Positions 50,109-59,800 of a DNA stretch of 64,000 nt are shown in pieces. Below the pieces are notes generated by a model. The model saw only the letters and a program-made list of their open reading frames with translations, ran no database searches and had not been told where the DNA came from. Source of the DNA: Bacteroidota bacterium (GTDB lineage Bacteria; Bacteroidota; Ignavibacteria; UBA10030; SZUA-254); contig JAGVIE010000025.1 in the NCBI GenBank assembly GCA_020056225.1, positions 38,995 to 102,994 of the forward strand, in the 5' to 3' direction. The stretch's first letter is position 1. Every line of letters begins with the position of its first letter. The translations under genes and the position numbers were made by a program.

Positions 50109-51437
50109 TTAAGTGACGAGTTTAGCGGCATGAAACCCGCTAACAACCGCTCCTTCAATCGTTGCCGGTAAACCGGTATCAGTCCAATCGCCTGCAAGAT
50201 AGAAATTTCCAATCGGTGTTTCAGCTCCGGGTCTATATCGTTCGTAGATATTAGTAGCAGAAAAGGTTGCACGCTTTTCTTTTATGATAATTGATGAAGT
50301 TAATTTTGCTTTGCGGCTGTTTGGAAATACTTCATGGATTTCCGCGATGGCACAATCGAGTAATTTCTCTTTTGATGTTTCGATATATTTATGCGCGCCG
50401 CTTATAACGGTAGTAATATAACTGCCTGATTTCGATTCATTCATCAGCCGCCGTCGATTGAAGATCCACTGAAGATTTTTATCAATCAAACCTATATAAT
50501 CAAAATCCATAAATTCTGAATCGAACCATAGATTAATTGATATTATCGGAGAAGCTTCATATCTCCCTAGATCGCAAAATGGTTTTTCAGTCTTATATGA
50601 GTGCGGAATGATTTTCCTCAATGCGTATGGCGGTACCGTCGAGATAATACTCTTGGCTTTTACTAATTTATGCTCTTTCAATCGAACCCCGACAGCCTTC
50701 CCGTTCAGCAATTCTATTCCTTCTATCTCAGTGCTCGTAAAGATTTTTGCTCCTCGTATTTTCAGTAGATTTACCGCTTCATTGACGTAAAGTTCCGATT
50801 GACCTACCGTTGATATAAGGATAGCCGAATCAGATTTTTGTCCGAGGAATGTTGCTCTTAGCGACCGTGCCAGAAGAAACGCCGAAGCTTTAGCAGGAGA
50901 TTCGTTCATGATGGATATCGCAATCGGATGCCAGAGGTTTTTTCTCGCTTCTTCAGATTGGCGCATATCCACCAGCCACTCATCGACAGTCATGGTTGAA
51001 AGTTTTTTCTCCAGTTCATTATTCCAGCCGTTCAACACAAGACCGACTTTCAACAGTTTTTGACGATCTTGAAATGAAAGAAGTTTATATTTCAACATAC
51101 CCATGACAATATGAAACGGTTTAGGCAATGAAGACAATTCAAATTTCGCTCTACCCTTAACCGGATGATGGAATAATAAACTTAATGAAGTCTCATTCTT
51201 TAAGAAATGCCGCGTTCCGATCGCGTCGAGATATTTAAGAAGATTGTGGTATGCACCGGCAAGCACATGTTGTCCGTTATCGACAACATCACCGGTTTTT
51301 TCATCTATGTAGGAATAGCATCTTCCTCCCAATCGAGGAGCTTGTTCGAAGATTGCAACCTTTGCTCCATCTTTTGAAAGCTGAACTGCGGCGGCAAGTC
51401 CGCTTAATCCTCCGCCAATTATGATAACATCAAACAT
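50109..51437 (-). CDS. hpnE: Hydroxysqualene dehydroxylase HpnE
   Basis: GGGLSG FAD motif, DNGQH, EKRATF, LAGDWTDTGLPATIEGAV; follows hpnCD. Confidence 0.92.
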   Translation of the reverse strand: MFDVIIIGGGLSGLAAAVQLSKDGAKVAIFEQAPRLGGRCYSYIDEKTGDVVDNGQHVLAGAYHNLLKYLDAIGTRHFLKNETSLSLLFHHPVKGRAKFELSSLPKPFHIVMGMLKYKLLSFQDRQKLLKVGLVLNGWNNELEKKLSTMTVDEWLVDMRQSEEARKNLWHPIAISIMNESPAKASAFLLARSLRATFLGQKSDSAILISTVGQSELYVNEAVNLLKIRGAKIFTSTEIEGIELLNGKAVGVRLKEHKLVKAKSIISTVPPYALRKIIPHSYKTEKPFCDLGRYEASPIISINLWFDSEFMDFDYIGLIDKNLQWIFNRRRLMNESKSGSYITTVISGAHKYIETSKEKLLDCAIAEIHEVFPNSRKAKLTSSIIIKEKRATFSATNIYERYRPGAETPIGNFYLAGDWTDTGLPATIEGAVVSGFHAAKLVT

Positions 51438-51496
51438 ATAAGATTTCAGATTTCAGATTGGAAGCTTCGGATTGATAATTAGAGGCACACAGCGAA

Positions 51497-52351
51497 TCAT
51501 CTCCCGAGCATTCGCTGCTTGACCCAGTATTTCACGGCGATTGCTAATTGCAGGAATCGGGGCAACATGATTTTCCTGTCGAACACATTATAATTTACTT
51601 CCTTGATGCGGAGAAGAGTGTGGTAATAAATCCTTTCCATAATCTTTGCGGCAAACATCGCACGTTTATCTTCCTCAGGCAACGATTCTTTCGCTTTTTG
51701 GAAATATTCTTCGGCTCGCTGAGTTTCGAATTCCATTAACTTCTTGAATTGAGAGCTGTTACGTGACGAAATAAGTTCTGCTTCTGTGTAACCGAACCTG
51801 CGTAAATCTTCTTGTGGGAGATATACCCTTCCATATTTTGCATCGATGCCGATATCGCGGATAATATTGGTCAACTGAAGTGCGATACCTAAATTAACGG
51901 CATATTCTTTTGTGCGCTCGTTCCTCGGTCCGAATATTCCAAGACTCATAAGTCCGACTGTTGAAGCTACAAGATAGCAGTACTCTTTTAGCTCATCGAA
52001 TGTCTCATAGCGGTTCTTCACCAGATCCATCTCGACTCCCCTGAGCAGTTCGTAAAAATGGACTACAGGTATTTTAAATTTTTTCGTGATTTCGCTGAGC
52101 TGATTCAGTATTTGATAGCCGGATTTTCCATCAAGACCGAGTTCAAGCTCGTTCCGCCATTTTCTTAATACTTCAATTTTACTGCTGACGTCATGAACAT
52201 TATCGACAATATCATCGGTAGTGCGACAGAAAGCATAAACGGTCTTCAACGCATCGCGTTTCCTTTTCGGAAGGAATGAGAACGAGTAATAAAAACTCGA
52301 TTTACTCTCCTTCAAACCAGAAGCGAGCGGCATGGCTAAGTCAGATCCCAT
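51497..52351 (-). CDS. hpnD: Presqualene diphosphate synthase HpnD
   Basis: SSFYYSF, YAFCRTTDDIVD, YCYLVASTVG, LQLTNIIRD. Confidence 0.9.
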   Translation of the reverse strand: MGSDLAMPLASGLKESKSSFYYSFSFLPKRKRDALKTVYAFCRTTDDIVDNVHDVSSKIEVLRKWRNELELGLDGKSGYQILNQLSEITKKFKIPVVHFYELLRGVEMDLVKNRYETFDELKEYCYLVASTVGLMSLGIFGPRNERTKEYAVNLGIALQLTNIIRDIGIDAKYGRVYLPQEDLRRFGYTEAELISSRNSSQFKKLMEFETQRAEEYFQKAKESLPEEDKRAMFAAKIMERIYYHTLLRIKEVNYNVFDRKIMLPRFLQLAIAVKYWVKQRMLGR

Positions 52352-53256
52352 ACTTCTTTCCTCGGACGTTTCTTTTTATAATTCGGTAAATCGTTGAATA
52401 CCAATCCGCGTAAAAATATCATCATTTTATCCGATGTTCTTAATCTCGGTCTCTTTTGCAGTACATCATATTTATTTTTCTCGATCATCTTCAATATTCC
52501 CATTCCGCCAAACCAGATGAGTTTCAACTCAAGTTGTAAATCTTTCGAGACGAGAGCCGGAAGTTCGGCTCCTTTATAAAACATCTCTCTCGTGCGCCCA
52601 ACCTGATATTTCATCAATTTCCTGAATCCGCTATCCATAACTCCATTATTCCATTTATCCAAACCGTAGCCAAACTTTATCATATCCTCAATTGGAATAT
52701 ACAACCTATCTTTTTCCTTATCAACTTTTATATCCTGCCAGAAATTTGTTAACTGGAGCGCACTGCAAATATAATCGGAGAGTTCAAACAACTTCTCATC
52801 CCGGTAATTGAAAATCATTAGTACAAGTCTGCCCACCGGATTTGCAGAATATTTACAATAATCCAAAAGTTCATCGATCGTCTCGTAACGGTTCTGCGTA
52901 ACATCACGTTTAAAAGCGGTTATCAGGTCGCTAAGCGGTTCGATCGGAATGTCTAATCGTTTAACCGTTTCCCGAAGTGCAATAAAGATTGGGTGATCCG
53001 CATAACCTTCGTAGCATTGCTTGAGTTTATTTTCCCAATCATTCAGCTTAGTAAGTCTATCCTCTTTGGCAATCTGGAATTCGTCTGCAAAATCATCGGC
53101 TATGCGGCTGAAAGCGTAGATCGCCTGCACATATGGACGTTTTTCCTGCGGCAGGAAAATTGAGGCTACTGGAAAATTTTCGTAATGCGCTTCAGTAATT
53201 TCCGCACAGTATGCAAACGCCTCATCTGGAGAATATTTATGGGTCTCACTCAGCAA
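52336..53256 (-). CDS. hpnC: Hydroxysqualene synthase HpnC
   Basis: HYENFPVAS, RIADDFADE, YCKYSANPVGRLVL, LQLTNFWQD. Confidence 0.92.
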   Translation of the reverse strand: MLSETHKYSPDEAFAYCAEITEAHYENFPVASIFLPQEKRPYVQAIYAFSRIADDFADEFQIAKEDRLTKLNDWENKLKQCYEGYADHPIFIALRETVKRLDIPIEPLSDLITAFKRDVTQNRYETIDELLDYCKYSANPVGRLVLMIFNYRDEKLFELSDYICSALQLTNFWQDIKVDKEKDRLYIPIEDMIKFGYGLDKWNNGVMDSGFRKLMKYQVGRTREMFYKGAELPALVSKDLQLELKLIWFGGMGILKMIEKNKYDVLQKRPRLRTSDKMMIFLRGLVFNDLPNYKKKRPRKEVWDLT

Positions 53257-53359
53257 TATCTTATCTCGTCCTTAATTAGAATCAGGGTTTAATATTAATA
53301 AAATTTAAAGGAAAGTCAAAGATGGAATTGATCCTCCAATAAAATATTTTCAAATCGAA

Positions 53360-54514
53360 TTAAGTATTCCCTCCGATCTTAATCGTGTCATCTCCAAATT
53401 TATCCCGTAGTTTGTCGACTGCTTGAAGAATTCTCTGTTGTTTTTCGGATGAAGGGAATAAGTCGATATCAGCTTGAGACTCATCTGCAAAGTTCGATAA
53501 TCCGATACCGATGAGTCTGATCTGAGTTTTGCCATCATGCGCTTCTTGCAATAACCGCTTAGCCGTATTGAGAATATCCGGATCGTAATTTGTCGGTTGA
53601 ATGGTACACCTGCGTGTTATTGTTTTAAACTTTGAATTCCGCAGTTTCAGTTGAACGGTTCGCGCCTTTAGCGATTTCAGTCTGAGCGTCGAGCACACAC
53701 TTTCCGTGAGCATGAAAAGAATATTTTCCAATTCACCGGTATCGGATATATCTTTCTCAAATGTTTCTTCACGGCTGACGCTTTTTGCTATGTGTTCAGT
53801 TTCTAAAGTTGTTGACCCCTCACCATTCGATGCACGATGAATCCACCCGCCGTGCGCACCAAGAAGTTTGATCAATTCCTTCAAGGAAACAGATTGAAGA
53901 TCAGCAACTGTCTTGAAACCTTTCTGTGTGAGAAACTCTTCTGTTTTTTTCCCTACGCCCGGAATCACACCGATAGGAAGCGGAGCGAGAAATATTTTCT
54001 CAGTGCCGGGTGGGACATAAATTACACCGGCAGGCTTAACTGTATTTGCGGCAATCTTTGCAACCAACTTATTTGACGCAAGTGCAATTGTACACGGAAG
54101 CTGGAATTCCTGCTTGACCATTTTCTGAAGTTTATTCATGTAACCCGGCAGGTTGTTTGAGTAAAGTGATTCGCACCCTGTGAAATCGAGGTACATTTCA
54201 TCGATTGAAGCACGTTCTACAACCGGTGCAACTTCAAGCATCCTTTTATATAATCTATTTGAATATGTCGAATAATCTACGTGATGACCTGATACTACAA
54301 TCAAGTCCGGGCAAAGCCGCAACGCTTGCGCAGTAGGAATCGCCGAACGGACACCGTATTTTCTTGCTTCGTAAGATGCAGAAGCAACTACACCACGCCC
54401 TCTTGCACTTCCACCGACAACGACAGGTTTACCATCGAGAGATGGATCCTTAATGCGTTCCACAGAGACAAAGAAACAATCGAGATCGATATGAGCGATG
54501 AATATCTGTTGCAT
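53360..54514 (-). CDS. dinB: DNA polymerase IV (Y family)
   Basis: HIDLDCFFVSVE, ASYEARKYGV, SIDEMYLD, KLVAKIA, little-finger RLIGIG. Confidence 0.96.
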   Translation of the reverse strand: MQQIFIAHIDLDCFFVSVERIKDPSLDGKPVVVGGSARGRGVVASASYEARKYGVRSAIPTAQALRLCPDLIVVSGHHVDYSTYSNRLYKRMLEVAPVVERASIDEMYLDFTGCESLYSNNLPGYMNKLQKMVKQEFQLPCTIALASNKLVAKIAANTVKPAGVIYVPPGTEKIFLAPLPIGVIPGVGKKTEEFLTQKGFKTVADLQSVSLKELIKLLGAHGGWIHRASNGEGSTTLETEHIAKSVSREETFEKDISDTGELENILFMLTESVCSTLRLKSLKARTVQLKLRNSKFKTITRRCTIQPTNYDPDILNTAKRLLQEAHDGKTQIRLIGIGLSNFADESQADIDLFPSSEKQQRILQAVDKLRDKFGDDTIKIGGNT

Positions 54515-54740
54515 ATTTGAAAGGTAAGAATATTCTTACTCAGAATCATTTAGAAACAATTCTGATTTCTTAAATTATTGTTCAGGATAAGATTCTCATT
54601 TCTCCTCTTATGAAACACCAAAATAGCTAATTGAACTCTTTCATCTAATCTGATGTTCAGTAAAATAGAGCAATCGCAAAGCTCCAACAAAACAGCAAGC
54701 ATTACACAATAATAAAACATATCTAAGAAAGGAATTAGTT

Positions 54741-55235
54741 ATGGCAACATCAGAGAAAAATCAATTCATTGAAGTCTGGGAACGAGAGTTCCATACAACT
54801 CTGAAAGTTCTCAAGTCATATCCTGAGAACAAACTCGATCTCAAGCCGCACGAGAAATCTCGCTCGGCAAAAGAACTTGCCTGGACATTGAACAACGAAG
54901 AAAAGGTTCTCATAAACGGAGCGATCTCAGGTAAATTCGATTTTAATAACACTCCACCGCCGCCATCGACCTTACAGGAAATTCTTTCGATCTATGAGCG
55001 CAATCATAAAGAGAATGTAGAAAAAGTAAAGAAGATGAGCGATCAGGATATGAACAAGACCGTTCAGTTCATGTCGGGACCAAACCAAATGGCTGACATG
55101 CGTACAGCAGACGTTCTTTGGACAGGAGTGATGGATACTATTCACCATCGCGGACAGTTCTCGGTTTATTTGAGAATGGCTGGAGGTAAAGTTCCGTCTA
55201 TCTATGGTCCATCGGCGGATGAACCGTGGATGTGA
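54741..55235 (+). CDS. DinB/YfiT-like metal-binding protein
   Basis: KPHEKSRS, D/H-xxHHRGQ, VPSIYGPSADE; AAAGGA RBS. Confidence 0.88.
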   Translation: MATSEKNQFIEVWEREFHTTLKVLKSYPENKLDLKPHEKSRSAKELAWTLNNEEKVLINGAISGKFDFNNTPPPPSTLQEILSIYERNHKENVEKVKKMSDQDMNKTVQFMSGPNQMADMRTADVLWTGVMDTIHHRGQFSVYLRMAGGKVPSIYGPSADEPWM

Positions 55236-55305
55236 AATAGATATTTACACTTGTACTTGAAGAGATTAATGGGCTGTCCAGAAAGCTACTAGCCACAGTC
55301 ATATT

Positions 55306-55354
55306 AAGTCCCGCCGTCATGGTGAGCGAAGTCGAACCATAGGCGGGACTTTTT
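55306..55354. terminator. Terminator-like hairpin between convergent genes, with a REP-like unit in its loop
   Basis: aagtcccgcc / ggcgggactt stem plus T-run; loop gtcatggtgagcgaagtcgaaccat. Confidence 0.7.
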
Positions 55355-55375
55355 ATTTCACCAGGAATTACAAAC

Positions 55376-56290
55376 CTATTTCTTAATTGAATCCGGCTTC
55401 TGAGGCAGTGCCAACGGTAAATCCTCCCTGCCGCTCCAATCTTCGAACGAGCCATCGTAAAGATGAGGCGTATATCCAAGCGAACGCGCGGCGATATAAA
55501 CCACGCACGCAGAGACTCCGCTGTGGCAATATACAATAACCTCATTTTCTTTCTTGACCCCCGCTGAATCAAATTTCTCAGCAATTCTCGTCATCGGAAT
55601 CATTTTGTTTGTGCTGTCGATAAGACTTCCCGCAAAAATATTCTTTGCAGTTGGGATACCTCCTGCGCGTGGGTAACCTCCGCTGTTCGTACCGTTATAA
55701 AATTGCGGAGCGCGCGCATCTATGATGGAAATATCCTGCTTATGAAGCCCCGACTTTACAAACTCCGCATCAACAATTGCAAGCGGATTTAGTTTAGGTG
55801 TGAACGATCCGCGTTGATAAACCGGCAGTTCTTTTGTTATTGGTTTGCCCTCAACTTTCCAGGCATCGAAGCCGCCATCGAGTATTGATGTTCTCTCACC
55901 CATACCGAGATAATCCAGCGTAACAAAGACGCGTGCAACCTGATTTACATTTCCGCCGATGCCGCAAAGAATTATTCGTGAATCACTCGAAACACCAAGC
56001 GCTTCAAGCGTTGTATCGAGCTGCTCTACGGGTAATAACTCGTAGCTCAGTTCGGGGTTCGACATATATATCCAACCGTTCCATAGAAACCGCGCACCGG
56101 GGATATGCCCTCTTTCGTAATCGCGGCGGATAGGCGCAACATGTAGGACGACAAGCGATGGATCGTTGATATGCTCTGCCAACCACGAAGTTGTGACAAA
56201 AACAGTTTGATTATTCGATTGTGCGTTGCTTTGTTGTGGGAGGATTACAACGAGCACAAACATTAGAGATAATAAAAGTAATTTGTTCAT
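55376..56290 (-). CDS. Tandem-domain rhodanese/sulfurtransferase with signal peptide
   Basis: GHIPGA, ILDGG, IIDARA, active-site YCHSG, LYDGSFEDW. Confidence 0.9.
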   Translation of the reverse strand: MNKLLLLSLMFVLVVILPQQSNAQSNNQTVFVTTSWLAEHINDPSLVVLHVAPIRRDYERGHIPGARFLWNGWIYMSNPELSYELLPVEQLDTTLEALGVSSDSRIILCGIGGNVNQVARVFVTLDYLGMGERTSILDGGFDAWKVEGKPITKELPVYQRGSFTPKLNPLAIVDAEFVKSGLHKQDISIIDARAPQFYNGTNSGGYPRAGGIPTAKNIFAGSLIDSTNKMIPMTRIAEKFDSAGVKKENEVIVYCHSGVSACVVYIAARSLGYTPHLYDGSFEDWSGREDLPLALPQKPDSIKK

Positions 56291-56364
56291 AGAGATATAG
56301 TTGAGGTTATGAGGTAACAGAATTATGATTTATCATATGCCTTGCATGTAAATAAGTTATTGAC

Positions 56365-56631
56365 TCATGGGAAATGACGGTAAATCTCTTTGCGATGAAG
56401 AACTCTTTCAAATATAACAGTATCGGCAACTATTGATAGACCAATGCGATAATCACCGAAGCGTACTTTATAATATCCGGGATAACCTGTCATCGCCTCC
56501 ACCTTACCTGACTCGAATATTGTCTTCAGATTTGGAACAGTTTCAAATACAAATTCTTCGATTGGAGTTCTATGATGCGAGGGGATATCGGCGAGTTCTT
56601 TTAGAAAACGTTTTCGGTACTCCGTTTTCAC
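56365..56631 (-). CDS. Type II toxin, RelE/ParE family
   Basis: 88 aa; FLKEL, YKVRFGDYRIG, RVLHRKEIYR. Confidence 0.88.
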   Translation of the reverse strand: MKTEYRKRFLKELADIPSHHRTPIEEFVFETVPNLKTIFESGKVEAMTGYPGYYKVRFGDYRIGLSIVADTVIFERVLHRKEIYRHFP

Positions 56632-56831
56632 GGTTTCTTTTCCATTGTTTTATAGGCGGCTTTTGCCTCTGCAAGTACAAATTTCTCATCTGCTTCACCT
56701 TCCTTGATCAACTTGAGCAAGCCATAATTCTCCAACACCTCTTCAATTTTTTCAAACGTACCGATATCTAGCTGGACTGCGATTTTATTATTCTTCTCAT
56801 CGACAATATATTTTCTTGGAATGTTAAGCAT
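56628..56831 (-). CDS. Putative cognate antitoxin
   Basis: 67 aa, acidic, YIVDEK..KIAVQL; ATGA overlap with the toxin; AAAGGAG RBS. Confidence 0.8.
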   Translation of the reverse strand: MLNIPRKYIVDEKNNKIAVQLDIGTFEKIEEVLENYGLLKLIKEGEADEKFVLAEAKAAYKTMEKKP

Positions 56832-56889
56832 GGATATTCTCCTTTCACTTTAATATAACAAAGGGAGGGATTAACGACAAATTACACCT

Positions 56890-59800
56890 TCATAAATCTT
56901 TCGGATTCCGAAAGTCAATACCTATCACTTCAAGACCTTCAACTTCATTACGAGATTCAACAATTGCCTTCGCTCGTGCTTTAAGGATTTCAATCACTTG
57001 TTCAAAACTATGCTCTTGATCGTTCTTACATGATTTTTCCTTATTGTGACCAATCATTCCAATAAAGTAAATTCCATAACGGGAGTTATGTGCCCGTAAA
57101 TATTGTCCTACTAATTGATTTTCAAGACGTTCTATTAGTGTACTCAAAGTCCAACGCTCCGCCCATTTAATTTCGATAGATACAGGATCGGTATTTGGGT
57201 TTTCAATTCGTAGATCCGGCCTGTCTTGTTGGTCGATTTCCTCCTCTTGCGGTACAGTGTAACGATTGTTGTTACGGTCCACTAACTTTCTTTGCAACCA
57301 TCGTCTAAGTATAGGTTCTGGATCACCAATACGAACTTCTTCTCTTAAGCTATTATCTGCTTTTTCTACATCATATTTAATCCCTTGCAAGCGTTTAATT
57401 ACGAGTTTAAATAGATCACGATCTGTCTTTGGGTCTATCTCATGATCCTTTTGGAAAGAACGTACGTCCTCTGGTTTCCATGGTTCTAAATCTGCTTGAG
57501 TTTCTTCTCTATTCTCAATCAGATGCAATATGAAATCTCGTCTAGCAACCATAGCTGGTTCGGAGAGTAGATTCTTCAATTCAATCGTTGCTTGCGGATC
57601 AGTGCTATTTGCAAGCCGATCAAGTAATCTACCACGAAAATCCTGTACATCGTGTCTTGCTGTTGGTGTGAATACACCGGGACCATAAGACTCATCATCC
57701 TCAGGTCGTATATAACGAAATACCAAAACTATGAATCTCCGCAATAAAACCGGATGTTCGTAATCTGGTTTATGTGATACTGGTGCTTTATCAAAACGAT
57801 CACCTTTTAGCACAGCGCATAAGTTTAGCATCAGATCAACTGCTTTATCATAATTATTTAATAACTCATTCAAAAAATTTATTGCATGAGCAGCATCGGT
57901 TTGTAACCATACCGTTAGCCACAACAAGAATATTTTGCTCCCAACGGGATATCGCTTAATACGTTCCGAAGCAATTATTCCGAGTTCATTTGATGGTGCA
58001 ATATTTCGTCTCATTAGAAGTGAAAGACCCAAGCGAAGTATTGATGGATTAGGTGGATCATCATTCTTCAGCAATTCGATTATAGATTTTTCCACTAGTG
58101 GTACCAGGTCATCACCTTGCCATACTAAATCTTGCAATACTTCATTAACGTCTTTTCGATCTGCAGTAAATTGCCATTCTCCTCTGATGCACTCAACAAG
58201 AACTTCGCGAACTGCGTCAGGATGAAAACAGGCAAGATCTTTAAACCATGTGGCAAATCCATTTAACTCATTTACCGCATACCTTGAAGCTCGATAAGCA
58301 TCTTCATAATTCATTTTTGCCAGATTTATTTCTTTGTCTGCTAAAGTTGCTTGTATGCCCGCAAGACCAGCTATTATCCCATAAGTTCTATTTCCATTAA
58401 CGCTTTCATGCGGCAAGTTCGGTTTATATGTACGCCAGATATGTTTACATCCTTTTCTTGTTGCCCAAGTAATAAGTCTACCCCGTTTCTTTGTAAGATC
58501 GTCCCATGTGCTTGGAGTATAGCGTTGAATATTTTTCTCATCAGCTTCACGACAAAGATGAGAAAGCCAGGCTGCGTTTTTACCTGTTATTAATTGTTTT
58601 AAATGAATGATTAGTTTGTACTGATCATTGAAATATGTCCAACTTTGTTTAAGTTTTCTCCATTTGTCAATCCACCACCACTTATCTCCGAGCTTCCAGT
58701 GTATATTTCTGTACCACAGTCGTTTTAACCACAATGTAGGACCATTGATCTGTCTGTGATAAAATGACTTTAGATGCGTATCTCGAACGATAGCTTTCTT
58801 GATTTTGTTGCGGTCAAGATCTTTTTGTTTTGATCTTCGAATTAGGTCAGACGCTAGACATAATACAAGTTCACGATCTCTAATACTATCCATCCCCTGA
58901 ATATCCTGCACCATCCAATCGATATCGTCTTGCAGGGGTTTAATAACTTCGTAGTAATCATATAGCGCAACCAATGTCCTAGGTTCGTCTTTTTCTTGCT
59001 GACGTCGTTCTTTAACGCGATTCCAAAAGTAATGTCTTCTTAATGAAGGATGTCTGCCCGTTGCAATATTCAGTTCATCAAACTTGGATGTATGCAGTTT
59101 ACTATATCGATGGATCTGTCCCAGAAAGGATATTGCAGTGACAGTTATAGCTATCTCTTCTTCGCTTAGTTCTGTTATTGAAAACAATTTCCGCAGTACT
59201 ACGGGGATTACTTCACCTAACCAAGAGAATTGAGCAGAGACATTTGTCTCTTTACTATCATGGAGAATATATGGAGGGGTTCGTCCCAAATCTAATAGTG
59301 CTAAAAGTAATTCATGTGCTTGATCTGGTTTCAATACTGATTCAAAGTGAGATGATAATTGATAATTTAGATCAACACTGCTATCAGGAACTGGTTCTGT
59401 TTTCCTTAATAAATCGATCAACCCACAAGAATCTATTACATCTGGATAAAGCGCTTCACATATTTCACCACAAAGGTAATTAGGAATATTGGGAAGTTGA
59501 TTTGCAATCTGAACAAGCTTTTGTCGGCTTTCCTTATCACCAGCATCTCTAATTGTCGCTGCTGCGTATATCCTTATATCTAAAGATTCATCTGGAGTCG
59601 CGATTAATTCTAGAGCAATACTAAGACACTCTTTTAGGCGTCCATAGCGTACTAATTGGAGTATTTCTTTTCTTATATCAGCCGAAATATCTCGATTGCG
59701 TATAATTGTAATAGCATCTTCTGCGAGTGCTGGGTCTGCAATACGTTTTAAGGATTCAGGTGAAGATTCAATCCATACTCGTTCCCTTCCCTTGAAGCGT

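Noticed and set aside
53360-55235. Functional link between dinB (Pol IV) and the divergent DinB-family gene
   Set aside because: Shared name only; the DinB/YfiT fold is unrelated to Y-family polymerases, and I saw no convincing SOS box
55376-56290. Rhodanese as the missing sulfur-donor domain of the short ThiI
   Set aside because: It has an export signal and lies ~36 kb away; short ThiI forms are common
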